This document shows, piece after piece, positions 1 through 14,866 of a DNA stretch of 64,000 bases. Source of the DNA: Flaccisagitta enflata (lineage: Eukaryota); NCBI GenBank assembly GCA_965153355.1, contig OZ231126.1:21762001-21826000 (forward strand), in the 5' to 3' direction. Numbering within the stretch: the first letter of the stretch is position 1; each line of letters begins with the position of its first letter. The position numbers and the translations under genes were made by a program. Under the pieces are notes generated by a model, which did not search any database, was not told the DNA's origin, and worked only from the letters and a program-made list of their open reading frames with translations.

Positions 1-394
1 CTAAAGTATCAATATTTTGAGAAATTGCGAGGAGCATTGCTTATTAATTTTCTTTCCCATGTTATGTTCTGTAAGAATGTAACTCATTGCTGGGTTGCTA
101 AGGTTGTCACACATGAATACGCTCCCTAGCAACGACCAAACGAGCGATATTCTTACAGAACATACTGTGGGAAAGTTTTAGCGAATCTAATTTTAAACAA
201 TGTTCCCTCAAAAAAATTTTCAAAATATTGATATTTTAGCGTAAATACATGAAAATGCGTTTCCATGGCAACCAAGTATCATGGGGAATGAATCATTCCT
301 TTATTAATTTTTATTCCAAATATCAACCCTCTAGTTTCATTTGTTTTTCCATAATGCTCGCCCCCGTTATCTCAAGTCTAGACGAGATCTACTG
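1..394. mobile_element. Right part of a TA-flanked foldback MITE (same family as 508-1288)
   Basis: Ends ttatctcaagtctagacgagatctactg|TA; internal sequence is nearly repeated at 770-1288. Confidence 0.65.
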
Positions 395-507
395 TACTCT
401 TTGGATAGCTGCAAGATTCATCGAAATCATATCGATCCATACCACTGTGGAGCAACCCTAGAGCGCACCCGCTACTCGCCTATAAGGCATAAAAATTTTT
501 TCAGTTA

Positions 508-1288
508 CAGTAGATCTTGTGAAGACTTGAGATAAGGGGGCAAGCATTATTGAAAAACACATGAAGCAAGGGAATTTATATTTGAAATCTAAACTTATAA
601 AATTATGATTTGTTGCTCATAACGGTCAGTTGCCATGGAAGCACATTTTCAAGTATTCTCGATATGATATGAATATTTTGAGTGATCTTTTAAAGAACAT
701 AGTCTAAAATCCAATTTGCTACAACTTTTTTTTCCGAAACTATATCCTGTAGTGATGTCATTTGCTTAGCCATTGCTAAGGGTTGTCACACATGGATACA
801 TTCCCTAGCAACCGTCAAACAGGCAGTATTCTTACAGAACATATTGTGGAGAAATTGTAGCATATTTGATTTTAAGCAATGTTCCCTCAAACAAGGCCAG
901 ATACACAGCTACCCCAGTTGCGTGCGGGTGGGCAGGGGCCATAATTGAGGTCACCAGATAATTTGGGCAGGAGCAGTGAAGCCAAAAATCCCAAAAACCC
1001 AAAAAAAGTAAAGTGTAACGGACGGACGGATGGACCGACAGACGGACCGACGGATGGACCAATGGACGGACGGACCAACGGACTGGCAAAGCGCGGTGTA
1101 GAGTCGCCGAGCACGCGACTAAAAATCTCTCAAAATATTATTATTTCAGCTGGAATACAATGAACTTGGTTTCCATGGGAATAAAATATTCTCTTATTAG
1201 TTTATATTTCAAATATCAACCTTTTGGCTTCAATTGTTTTTTTCATAATGCTTGCCCCCATTATCTCAAGTCTAGACGAGATCTGCGG
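508..1288. mobile_element. TA-flanked foldback MITE (Tc1/mariner-type) with a nested HINE
   Basis: TA|cagtagatcttgtgaagacttgagataa ... ttatctcaagtctagacgagatctgcgg|TA, long imperfect TIRs. Confidence 0.7.
890..1124 (-). mobile_element. HINE/DINE-1-like non-autonomous Helentron
   Basis: acaaggcc..., (GGAC)n tract, terminal hairpin agtcgc..gcacgcgact. Inserted in an A-run that is uninterrupted in the copy near 205-225. Confidence 0.7.
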
Positions 1289-2487
1289 TATATGAACTCA
1301 TTTCTAAATTTATTTGTGTTTCGAGCCTGTAGGGTTGTTCGCATTCTGTGGCTTACCTTGATATCATCTAGATGTTTCATGTACCTTAATGAATTTCCCC
1401 CTATTTATTCGGATGACGTTAGGTCGGTCTGTCCGTCACTGCGTCTCATTCTGATGTCGATTGCTTTATTTGAAAAGATCTCTTCGGTCGTGGGCTCGCG
1501 ACTCCATGAGAGGCTTTGTCCATCCACTGGTCCGTCCACTGGTCCGTCCATTGGTCTGTCATAATCAAGTTTGAAAGTAGGTGTGTTTAGTATTTATGTG
1601 TGAGTGTAAAGAGGGGGAACTATACGTTGACCTCGCGTCCGCGACGATATTGTAACCCCGCGTTACTAGTTTTGAGGATAGTGGATAGAATTTTGTGTTG
1701 GCGTGGAAACACTGCCCATTTTTTACATGATGTTGGTACTTTGTAGCTCAATTTTCAGATACGTCACATTAAGAAACGTAAGCAGTTCAGATACATTAGA
1801 ATAAGGAATGTAATTATTCCATCCTCATTTAGTTATTAGGGCGTGTAAATAGTTTGAATTCATCCGTGCTAGTTTGCAGCCTTTTTGTTATGTTCTCGAG
1901 GCCAATGGTGAGATATTCGGGCCGTAGGACATGACTCTTGGCCAGTTCCAATGCGCTGCCATGGAGCCAGTATGGCGATACATCGGACAATTTCAAAAAC
2001 TTGAGAGATCCTCTGCTATTTATAGATGGACAAGTAATATGATACATTGACTGTTTCATTGACAATTTTCTTATCAAGCATGATAATTTTTTGTTTGTAA
2101 GGATCTTTTTCTTGTAGAATCAACAAAAGTAACCTACGACTAACCAATGGACGCTCGATTAATTCGAGATAAAAGGTGACAGTTGGAATAACGTAATTCG
2201 TATGAAGATGCTACAATATGCAAATGAGTTAAGAAAGATTGTAATTGATTTTCATTCCTTTTCCAATGGCCTTAAACTCACATGGCCGAGCGAACTAACA
2301 GTTCTTGAACGGACAACATCATTTCCGGACCTAGGATTGGGACTCGTTTGACCAGACCAACGGACGTCAACAATTTCCTGAGACGAAAAAGTGAAAGATT
2401 TTTTTCAGCCAATCAGAGAATCGAATTCCTTCACGCGAATCCTTGGCATCGACCCGGATTCGATGATGCGGCCACGCGAACGCGTTC

Positions 2488-2530
<43 letters not shown>

Positions 2531-2968
2531 AAGTGTATGGAAACGGGAAGAAGGAGAGATGGAGAGAAAGAAAGAGAAAGAGAGAACTATTTTGAAGTCG
2601 TATAGTGTTCCCTCTCGAGCTGTCAACGCCGTCATCGTCGGCGTCGTCGTCATCGTCGTTATCATCGTCGTTATGGTCGTCACGTTGTCGTAATCGTTCT
2701 CATGATTTTTCTCACAGCTTCAACCTGCGACGTTTTTGTCGTTTCCAATTTCTTTTTTTTTGCTGCGATAGTCGCGTCAAATTTCTATTAGTCTTTTTTT
2801 TTCTCTTCATTTCTCACACCTTCATTTTTTAAATCTCGTTTCCTTCGCGTCATTTTCGCTTTCAGCTTTTACTCCCGGTCTTGGACGGTGAAAGATGCCA
2901 AGATTACGGTGACGATGACGATTTAAGATGACGAATGAAATGTTTTTGACGATGACAAAGACAATGAC

Positions 2969-3047
<79 letters not shown>

Positions 3048-3367
3048 GTGATGGTGATGGTGATGATAATGACAAGAATGATAATGATGATGGTGATGGT
3101 GATGGTGATGGCGATGGTGATGGTGATGGTGATTGATAATGACGATGGATGAAAAAGATGATAAAGATTATCAAAATGATTGCAACAACTCTAAATGTGA
3201 TACAAATGACAATTATATGTACGATCTTGTCAAGCATATTTGAAAACGACTGATAGGGCCTCCTCGATTTGTAAATTTGAATACAAGATCACAAAAGTTC
3301 CACAAAATTATTGCTTCAAAACAGTGTCATTCTTCGCCAACCACAATTGACATAACAACTTAACTGC

Positions 3368-3441
<74 letters not shown>

Positions 3442-3496
3442 CTATCATCACCATCATCGTCATTAACACACGTCATCATCATCATATCATTTTACA

Positions 3497-3538
<42 letters not shown>

Positions 3539-3553
3539 CACATCACATCATCA

Positions 3554-3585
<32 letters not shown>

Positions 3586-3645
3586 CACACACATCACACA
3601 CACACATCACACATCATTCACACATCATCATCATCATCATCATCG

Positions 3646-3679
<34 letters not shown>

Positions 3680-4907
3680 GAATGGACTTTTCAACTTTGC
3701 TGCCATCTCCATTTTCTCACGTTTTCACACACAAAAAGAAGTGTTTCCCGCCAAAAAATAGTTCCGACTTGATTCCTATTCATTTCAGAGTCATTGTCCT
3801 CCACTTTTGAAATGACGGAAAAATGGTTGTTTTTCCCCCTTCCGAAGCTACTTTTCAGCTTGACTCTTTTTCTTCGTGCTCGAATTAGATATGAATTCTG
3901 GTGCGCCAATTAAGTACAACCCGGCGGTACTTGGGTCCATCGGTTCGTCCGTTGGTCGGTCAGTCGTGCGGTTACGCTGTATTTTCAGTCACCGGGTGCG
4001 GTTTTCCTAGTGCCCTTTATTGTCTTGTTTCACAACGTACATCCGTCCGTCTGTCCGTCCGTCCGTCTGTCCGTCCGTCTGTCCGTCCGTCTGTCGGGAA
4101 CACATTGTTCTTTAACAACTGTCAACTCATAATGGTTTTGCTTTAACTTTCGCCTAAAGTTGGTTCAATCTTTTAGTAAACAGTTACACCCGGCTAATGC
4201 TGAACCAAGAAATGGGAATCCGGCAATAACGGGTAGGATATCTTTGTTTCTTCATGTCAGTTCTTTTTTATCTTGTTTTGGTAATAACATAAACTTGCCT
4301 GTAAAAGATCAAACTTTTTAGTCCCTAGACAGCCGTTGTTGCAGGGTTCATCTGTACTTCTGCTGTCTTGCTTTTTCTCTCCATCGCCGACGAACATCAT
4401 CATTTGCATTAATTGCATAACCATCACCATCTCCCTCCACTTCTCATACTCTGTTTTCCGCTCCTTTCATCATCATTTCTCCGTCATACAGCATAAGGTA
4501 AAAAACGCCATATTTGTAACAAAAGAGATTTTACCTAAGTTACTGTGTCTCTCTCTTTTGTACAATATTTTTGTTGTCTTTACTTGACTATTCCTGACCT
4601 ACCTGATTGTGTGATTGTCTATCATATTAACTAATAAATGTCCCTTTACCGTAAACAAGATATCATTTACTGGTTTTCAAAAAGTCTTTTTGTCTATTTC
4701 TCGTTTTGTTCTTAATATCTCCCTCTCAGTCTGTCTGTCAGTCTGTCTGTCTGTCTGTCTGCCTGTCTAATTGTCTGTCCGTCTATTTCTTTATGTCTTC
4801 CTGGCTGTCTACCTGTCTGTCTTTCTGTCTGTCTGTCTTTCTGTCTGACTGTCTTTCTGTCTGTCTATCTGTCTGTCTATCTTTCTGTCTGTCTTTCTGT
4901 CTGTCTT

Positions 4908-4954
<47 letters not shown>

Positions 4955-4986
4955 TTCTGTCTGTCTTTGTCTGTCTGTCTGTCTGA

Positions 4987-5056
<70 letters not shown>

Positions 5057-5093
5057 GTCTGTCTGTCTATCTATCTGTCTGTCTGTCTTTCTA

Positions 5094-5157
<64 letters not shown>

Positions 5158-5279
5158 TCTCTCTCTCTCTCTCTGGTTTGACCTGTAAAACAAAAGAGCG
5201 TGACCCTATTGCATGCGAATTGTCGCGTGGGCCTTATGGGAGTTGCCCCTCCAGCCTGGTTTGCCGGTCAAACACGCCC

Positions 5280-5898
<619 letters not shown>

Positions 5899-6374
5899 CT
5901 AAGACTTGGAAACTGTGGAGGAAATCAAGAATTACCAACTGATATTATTCTATGAACTTTTGACAATCAATTTCAAGCATTCATTTATCATTTAATTCAA
6001 AAACCATACCCTAGAGACTTAGTCTTACTAGTTATCAAGCCGTCTTACCTGCCAATTTTAGGGTTTTTCTTCTCCTTTTTTTTTCTTTGATTATCTTTCC
6101 TCATTTGCTCTCATTTTCTTCTTGGTCTATTCATTTCCTCATATTTCCTCCCATTTCTTTGCCTTCCGTTTTCCTCCCGTTTTTTTCCTCCTTTTTCTGG
6201 AACACGCAATATATCCATGAATGTCTTCTTTAATCTTCGAACTTTCCTTCGAATATGCTTACCATTTGTGATTTACTTTCCTTTATTTGCTTTTGTGCTT
6301 CCTTTCTTTCAGTCTTTTTTTTCTCCTCTTTCATTGCTCTTTCACGTTTTTCGTTTTCTTTTATCTCCCTCTGT

Positions 6375-6627
6375 TTTTAGTTGCGGACACGCCACTCTAT
6401 AAGAGGCTTTGTCCGTCCGTCGGTCCGTTGGTCCGTCAGTCCGCCGTTCCGTTGGTCCATTGGTCCGTAACGATCGAGTTGAAAAGTGCGAAAACGCGCA
6501 TTTTGGATGCTGCAGTTGAATTGTTCTGTGTTTCTGAGTGTGTATGGGGTGGGCGAGGGTGCGGATGGTCGTTGCATGCCCCTGCCCATCCGTCCGCAAC
6601 GACATTGTGACCCCCACGTCACTTGTT
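6375..6627 (+). mobile_element. HINE-like element (AGTTGCGGAC subfamily; relatives at ~1487-1670 and 54275-54530)
   Basis: ttttt-agttgcggacacgccact, GTCC repeats, 3' gtccgcaac and a gtgac..gtcac stem-loop, then ttgtt. Confidence 0.7.
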
Positions 6628-6701
6628 ATCAGATCACGTTTTCTCTTCTCTGCACTAGCAAATGTTCCATCAAATTTCTAACAACACGATCTTCAATTTA
6701 A

Positions 6702-7310
6702 GACGGCGTTCCTCCGGAGGCAACATTTGTGTTTCAGCAGGAGCCAAAGTTAAAAATTAAAATCATTGAAACTGAATGATGAAACTAAAATAATCATTGT
6801 GATATATCATGATTGATATTTTTTGGCATATTTTGCATTCAAACATGAAAAAGAACCAAATGAAGCTAAAATAAATGAAGAGAATATAATGCAAATTATT
6901 GAAAATTTCATTTTTGGTAACTGACAGGGGGCTCGTTGAAATTCTGAGATTGCTTAAAAAATAAAAAAATAACAAAACAAAAAACATAGTTCTCTTCAAA
7001 AATTGATTACAAAGAGAACCATTTTTTTGGAAATGCAAAATTTCCCAGCATTTGAGAGTCTTAGAATTTCAACGGCAAGAACAAAAAAAATTGTAAGCAA
7101 AATTTCATTAAAAACCTTGATTTTCTTGATTTTCTCATGTGAATTGCATAGTCAAAATTACTTTTGCGGTCAGAATATAATAATAATGTATACAACAAGT
7201 GTCTTTAGATACAAATTATCTTTTAAAATCACTCTGGCACCATTTTTGTCCAAAAAAATCATGCAAAAAGTATGGTGAAACACTTAGTTTTCCTTTGAAA
7301 ATTTGCCGTC
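6702..7310. mobile_element. TTAA-flanked non-autonomous DNA transposon (Kolobok-like ends)
   Basis: TTAA|gacggc ... gccgtc|TTAA with a subterminal inverted motif (gtgtttca/tgaaacac) and an AT-rich interior. Confidence 0.45.
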
Positions 7311-9408
7311 TTAAGGAAGGAGAAACAATTCCTCAAGAAGTTAGAATTTCCAATGTTTAAGCTAATAGTGGGAAGGGGCAGTTATGAAAAGAACATTATA
7401 CGGCCGATTTACCAATGGACTTTACAACCTATAGAATGCAAACCTAACTCCATGTCGAAACTACGTAAAATTCCATCCGCCATTCTAAGTGCATTTTCCC
7501 TTCTTACTATACCAGGGATGTGGAAGCGATTGACCGGTTCCAATTTGGAGGATGGGATAGCTACTACTGTAGTATTTGAACTGAAAAATGGAAGCGGAAG
7601 CGGAAACGGAAGCTGTGGAAGCGGCATAAATATCGACCCCTTTCACATCCCTTCTTCTTACTCTCCACTGTCGGTAAACATCCCTTCACGTTTATGCTCA
7701 TTTATTTCTGTTATCTTTCTATTCGTAAATATTTCGAAACTGTCTCGGTTAAGAATTGATTTAAGATCCATGTTTCTATTTTTTCCCTCTGTGTATGTTG
7801 GCCTTTATTCCCCCCATATCTTCTTCTTCCATCTACGTAATTGTCGTTGTCATCATCATCGTTTTCATCATAATCGTCGTCATCGTCATCTTTGTCATCG
7901 TTGTCGTCTTTGTCATCACCGTCGTCGTTATCTTTTTTTTTTCTACTTTTCTGGTCCTGCTTTTTATGGTCATATATCGATAATTCTAAAACGACTTTTT
8001 ACGTTTTGTTTACGAGCGACCATCATTTACTTTTTCTCATCTCTTCCTTCAATAGCTATAAACGTCTTTAGGCTGCGGCTTTGAATAATCGCACGGTGCC
8101 CTAGATCGGGTCATTTAGTCAAGAAGAGGTAGTTCTTGAAGCTTGATAAGGTCAGCGGAGTACAGATTTTCAAAGTTGAGAGGTGTTGGGGAGATCGAGA
8201 AGTTGTATGAGGGAAAATGATCCAGGAGGGACTGACGACCTTAGGGTTTACTCATGGATACAACCAATCATGATTTAAGTCAAAATTGCATTAGTTTTCA
8301 GGAAGGGACTTGAGCTTGCTCAGGAAACAGACATAGCCAAATACTCCTCCCATATTCAATTTCATCTTTTTATCCATAACTTGTCAGACAGTCAATAATA
8401 CCCGTTGCCTAAGAGAGGGTGTGTGTGTGTGACATAGTGAGAGGGGCAGCAGCCCATGAGGGGCCTAAAACTTCTTCATTTTCACAGTGGATATCGAAAA
8501 TCACCCTGCACATTCAACAGTTTTTTTTCTTTACATAATCAAACTATCAGTCAAATATAGCCATTTAGAAAAGGTTTTTATAGAATCAAAAGGTTTTTGT
8601 TCAGGCTAGAATTATACAGAAACATGTTGATCGTAAAGAGGATCATCTCGAATACACTAAAGCTAATGAAGAGCCTGATTTAAATAGCTAAAGTGTTCCT
8701 GACCCTTGAGAATTCACCGGATGGCCGATTGATATGATTTGAGTCGCATAATTGGGTACGACTTTTAACTACTCTTTTGCGTTTTTGCCTAGAACTTACA
8801 ACAGTTTATCGGTATGTATTGTGTTAGATATAATATCAACGTACTTGGAAGTATTTGATCAATCATTACTTCATCTTCAGATTTAGAAGATTGTGTGTCG
8901 ATGTTTCTAAAAGACCTTCCCTTTAAGCCGGAGCAAACTCGTAAAAAAGGTGGACTATCAATTGGTCATCGAACTCCGTTTTATGATAGTTTTATATCTA
9001 TATTTTATTTCATGCTCTAATAGCTCATTAACTTGTAAAGGTGGGCGACATCTCCGCATTGTAACTCATTATCTCCAATCATAATCGTCGGTTATATTAC
9101 ATTTAAACGTGTCCTTTACAAGCATTGACAATCATTGCCATATATATTTTTTTAATTTTGAATATGTTGCCATTTTAGTGGCTTGTTTATCCGTTTTTCT
9201 CAAACTGGAAAACTTTTTCACTGTCTGTACATGTGTCAGTCAGTCAGTTTGTCCTTTTATTCCTTCAGTCTGTCTATGCTTTGTCCATTGTGTTGGTCAC
9301 ACTGATGTATACCTTGTCATAAGGCCCTCTGTCGCACGTAAACTGTGTCCATGGCTGTGTCCATGTCAGTGCAATGTGTCTGTCTGTTATTCCGTCCAAA
9401 ATTTGCAT

Positions 9409-9547
<139 letters not shown>

Positions 9548-10377
9548 CTTTTTTTTTATTTCTCTCCCTTCCTCTTTCCCTCTGTGTTTACGACATTTTT
9601 TACTGCTTTTGGAGGATGAAGAAGGTTTTTACTTTTTATTTGAAAGCAGAGACGAAATGAAATTTGAATGATATTCATTCGTATACATTTCTCCCAAACA
9701 TTCATTCTTGCTTCTTTTTTCCCCCTCGTCTCCCAGAAGGAAAAAATAACGGGAAGCTTATTTTTTCCCGGCTTCCAAAGAAACTAATTGAGAAAAAGTG
9801 TGAACCGAACAAAATGTCACAAACTGAATAAGCAAAAAAAAAAAAAACAAAAAAAAAAAAAAAAACTATGGCATCTGAAATCTAAGATTAAATCCATACT
9901 TGAAAGATTATAGATGTAGATTAAAACAATAACCTCCATCGCGATGCCTGGGCTCGTTCGCACACTAGTCCAATATCGATGCTTCTAGCTTCTACTAGTC
10001 CTTGCGTCACGTCAACCTCCGTGTAGCAGAGCTCTTCAAAGCCCGATTCGCATTCACTTGGAAATTCCGACTTCTACGCAAATGATAAACGAACAGAAAT
10101 CTAGTCATCTTCCTTTATGAAAAACGTTTTTCATTTGCCAAACACCGGCGACGAGCAAGAAATCCGGAGCCTGTCAAAGCGCTGAGCGCCATTTCTCCGG
10201 TAGAAGCGCCAACCGGGGTGACGCCACGAAAGCTCAAATCGGCGCGTCATCATTGCCTCCTTTTTAAGGAATCCTCAACACTAACAACTCCTGATCCTCG
10301 ATCATCTGCCTATCCTCTCTTCCTGATTCAACTTGAAGTTCAAGCGTCTTGTTCTTCTTCTTTTCCGTCATCTTCCA

Positions 10378-11021
10378 ATGTTGACGTCGCTTTCTTCCAC
10401 CGCCGAAGGCTTCGCCGCTCCCTCAGCGGCTTCTTCCTCCTCCTCCTCCGCGGTGGCTGCAGCGGCGGCGGCGGCGGCGGCAGCGGCGATGGCGCCGGCG
10501 GCAGCTGCTTCCCCGACGACAATCACGACGACGACGTCGCCGACGTCAACGTCGGCGTCGGAAACTGCTTCCAAACTGTCTCCATCTGCCGCGGCGGCGG
10601 CGATGGCAGCGGCAGCGTCGGCGGCGTCGGCGGGCGTTTCACCGCCTTTGTCAACAGCATCTTTGTTGGCGGACTATTCGAGGTCAGCTGCGGCGATGGC
10701 CGCCTCATATTTCCCACATTCGATGTACGCGGCCGCGGCCGCGGCCAACTCTTTACCCAACAGCGCGCAGGCGGCCGCGGTGGCCGCGGCCAAACAAGCA
10801 TCTTCCGTCTCGTCTTTAGCGGCCGCCGCCGTTTCTTCCTCCGAACTCAACAGTTATCATTACAAAATGTTCAATTCATTGACGGCGGCTGCAGCGGCCG
10901 CGGCTTACAGCAAATATCAGACATCCCCCGTGGCGGCGGCGGAGGCGGCTACAGCGGCGGCCGCCGCAGCGTCGCTTTCCGGCAGCTATCCTTATCCGGG
11001 ACTTTCTTGTTCGGATCTCAG
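10378..11021 (+). CDS. Posterior Hox gene, coding exon 1 (Ala/Ser-rich N-terminus, MLTSLSS...CSDL)
   Basis: GC-rich open frame from ATG 10378 with poly-Ala tracts and Tyr-Pro motifs typical of Hox N-termini. Ends at donor CAG|GTGATG (GT 11022-11023), phase 2, matching the next exon. Confidence 0.85.
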
Positions 11022-11264
11022 GTGATGATTACCTTCGTTTGTTTTTGTTTTTGTCTTTATTTTTGTTTTGTAGCCAACTTCTGAAACCAAAGGCAAAGCT
11101 ACCAAAACTATTCATCACATGGAAAACATAGTGGGTTGTGACCGTAGAAAAAAAATGTTGAAGTGGCTTTTTTGGTACTTCAGAAATGGATGATGGCAAA
11201 GCTTACACGTACAGAATGACTAATAGGGTCACAATTTAACTAGGCTTAAAAGTACTACAGCCCT

Positions 11265-11885
11265 CGTCGATGAGGCATCATAGTGCGTAATGGTGCGTCA
11301 TGGTGTGGCCCAAGAAACAGACTGACCAACAAAATTTTTGAATTTCTTTGAGAATCAGTCCAAACAGTACTTTACTACTTTAGAGAGTACAGGCTGATGA
11401 AGCAAGTCCATGCATCTCCATAAGAACCATTCTTAACCGTGCTTAAGAGACAGTCGATGGTGCGTCATGGTGCATCCTAAGATACAGGCTGATCGACCAA
11501 GTCCATGCATCTCCTTAAGAATTAGTCCTCGCAGTACTTAACTCTCAAGATACAGTCGTTGGTGTGCCATGGTGCTGCCCAAGATACAGGCTGATTGAAC
11601 AAGATCATACATCTCCTTAAGAATTAGTCTTAACAGTACTTAAGAGAGGGTCGATGGTGCGTTATTGTGCTGCCCAAGATACAGGCTGATCGAGCAAGTT
11701 CATACATCTCCTTAAGAATCAATCTTAACAGTACTTAACTCTCAGGATACAGTCGATGGTGTGTCATGGTGCGGCCCAAGATACAGGCTGATCGAGCAAG
11801 TTCATACATCTTCTTAAGAATTAGTCTTAACAGTACTTAAGAGAGGGTCGTGATGGTGCGTCATGGTGCGGGCCATGATGCGTTA
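11265..11885. repeat. ~95-102 bp tandem minisatellite, about 6 units, Hox intron 1
   Basis: gatacaggctgat recurs at ~11481, 11583, 11678 and 11780. Confidence 0.85.
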
Positions 11886-11944
11886 TTCGTCCGAGGGTCA
11901 GCAGAGTCGTTAATTTGGCGCAGTCGTTGGCAAACGACTATCGA

Positions 11945-12017
11945 GGGTCAAAGGGTCAGAGCATAATGATCAAAAGAGGATCATAGTACAAGAGATCGCG
12001 AAAGGGTCACCCGGTCA
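11945..12017 (+). promoter_or_regulatory. Two DR2-type nuclear-receptor elements in Hox intron 1
   Basis: GGGTCA-aa-GGGTCA (11945-11958) and GGGTCA-cc-CGGTCA (12004-12017), plus an extra half-site at 11895. Confidence 0.4.
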
Positions 12018-13001
12018 ATCGGACTTAGGATTGAAAGGGAAAAAAGAGTGAGCCGTCAGAGAGATGGGAATTACGAAAAAGAGCTGAGATGTACAAATGG
12101 GCAAACATGATATCAAGAGATGAGATGGGCAAATGTTGAGATGGAGATAAAGAAATGGTTAGGCTATTGAAACGCAAAATATCCTTGAGAGAGACGTTAG
12201 TCTCTCTGCGGAAATAGAATTTATCAAACTAAAAAGCGTTTGAGGCATAGTGGTGCTCGCTTTTCCGTAGGCAAAGTGATATTGTTTTGTTTCTGAAGCA
12301 ACCAGTTAAATTGAAATAAGTGAGTGATTTAGGATGGTCACAGCTGATGATATCTCATAGTTTTAAAGATTATTTTTTTCAATCGTTTGTTGCTCATTGA
12401 TTCTTTCCACTCACATCTGCTTTCGAAATAACACAAGACTTAACGACTGTTATGTTTTGTTACACTAGTTGACCAGTATGGGCTGTGAGAAATGGCTGCC
12501 GCCGCGTGCGCTAACCTGCTCTCCCGCTGAGGCACCACTAAGCCCCTCAATCAAAATGTAAGGGATAACTTTCATATTCTACCCAAAATGGATAAATCGG
12601 GAATATATAATTTAATGTCCGATCTGCTAATTTCAGCAGTAAGGATGAATTGATTGAAACCAAATATTGATATAAGGATTAAGGCATCTGTAAGTGATGA
12701 CTTACCCTGCAATCATTTAGATTCGAGGTATTGACACTGCCGTCTCAAGCATACTCTTTTGTCATATAATATTATAGAATCAATTATTAAGTGATTTTTT
12801 TTTACTGCAGTAGGCAAATCAGTCAGAAAGGGGAATGCGAACTTTGGTTGTGGCGAAACCGTCTGATATCCGTTAGAGATTGAACCAACTTCCTCGACAA
12901 CACTGTTGGACCTCGCTTAACCGGATATCAAGGAACAAAAAAAATGTTATCCGTACTGGTCAGATTTCTGCGATTGCCAATACATGAAATAAAACGAATT
13001 A

Positions 13002-13954
13002 CACTTTTTTTTTTATAAGAACCTAGTTTATAAGAACATCAAGGCTTCAAATGACCCCAAAATTAAGAACATCTTAAGAACACACGAAGGCTTCAAATCT
13101 TGAGAAAAAAATTTCGCTTAGAATAACATTCAAAGAACATTAACAAAACGCTAATATTTTAGTATAATTAAGCTTAAATTTCCTAATTTCTAATATAAAA
13201 ACCAAGAAAATACCCTCAGACATTAATGTTAAGCACTTGTTTTAATAATATTCAATAGAAATATATATAATATAATCAAGTAATAGTATATTATAAGGTT
13301 CCTTATAGTTTATGTAGCATTTTAAATCAAGAACGCTCTAACAACATTGAAGGCTTCATTTGACCTTGAAAATAAGAACATGAAGCCTTCAAAAAAAAAA
13401 TGACGTTCTTACAGAAAAACAAGGCCAGATAGGCCAACGATGCGTCCTCTTCTTTATTTATATGGTCTTTCTTTATATGGTCTTTCTTTATATGGTCTTT
13501 CTTTATATGGTCTTTCTTTATATGGTCTTTCTTTATATGGTCTTTCTTAATATGGTCTTTCTTTATATGGTCTTTCTCTATATGGTCTTTCTTGATATGG
13601 TCTTTCTCTATATGGTCTTTCTTTATATGGTCTTTCTTTATATAGTCTTTCTCTATATGGTCTTTCTTTATATGGTTCTACTTTAATCTCACTAAAAATG
13701 TCTTCTTTAATATAATCTGATTTTAAGCTATGTGGCTCTGCTTTATTGATCCAGTTGTGATTCATGTGTAATATGGCATAGATATAATGGATTATGATAA
13801 ATGTGTAACCGACCGACCAACCGACGGACGGACATGCCCTCTTATAGAGATGCAAGGACGCATCTAAAAAAAAACAATGATAATGATGATGTTGAATGAT
13901 GACAACAATGACGAATGTAGCGATGACGCTGATATTGGTGACGATGAATATGAC

Positions 13955-13986
<32 letters not shown>

Positions 13987-14436
13987 CGATGATGATGATG
14001 ATGATGATGAACATGACGATGATGATGATGAACATGACAATGATGATGAATATGACGATGATGATGATGACGACAGAAAAAAGACTACGGTAATGATCAT
14101 GTTGATAAATGATGACGATTGTAACGATGATGCTGATGACAACCACGACGACGACGCTGATGACAATGATGATGATGGTAAAGATGATGACGATGGTAAC
14201 AATGATGATGATGATGATGATTATGATGATGACGGGAAAGAAACTATGATAATGATGATGTCGATGGAAATGATGATGATGATTATGATGACGACGCTGC
14301 TGATGATGATGGTAACAATGATGATGATGCTGATGATGATGATGATGACGACGACGATGACGACGACGATGATGAGGACGACAATGTTTACGATGACTAT
14401 GATGGGGACGACGATGATGATGAAGACAAAGACGAC

Positions 14437-14468
<32 letters not shown>

Positions 14469-14496
14469 TGTTGATGGTAATGATGTTGATGATGAA

Positions 14497-14551
<55 letters not shown>

Positions 14552-14786
14552 TCAATGATGATTACGATGATGATGATGCACTTTTACATCGAAATCATGA
14601 CGAGTTTTGCGATATTGACGTATGCGTAACCAACCGACGGACGGACGGACATGGCCTATTATAGAGATGCGAGGACGCATCTAAAAAAAACTGGTAATGA
14701 TGATGTTGATGAATGATGACAACGATGTGGATTGTAACGTTGACGCTGATGATGACAACTTTGACGACGACGCTGATGATGACGAC

Positions 14787-14866
<80 letters not shown>

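Noticed and set aside
1829-2077. 82-aa minus-strand ORF
   Set aside because: No recognisable domain and no convincing splice partners.
10218-11084. 288-aa Gly-rich ORF overlapping Hox exon 1
   Set aside because: Shadow frame of GCN-rich poly-Ala codons; only the 10378 frame splices in phase to the homeobox.
11380-11830. Hammerhead ribozyme or retrozyme in the ~100-bp tandem repeat (CTGATGA at ~11395)
   Set aside because: Other units read CTGATCGA or CTGATTGA, and there is no properly placed GAAA or stem II/III.
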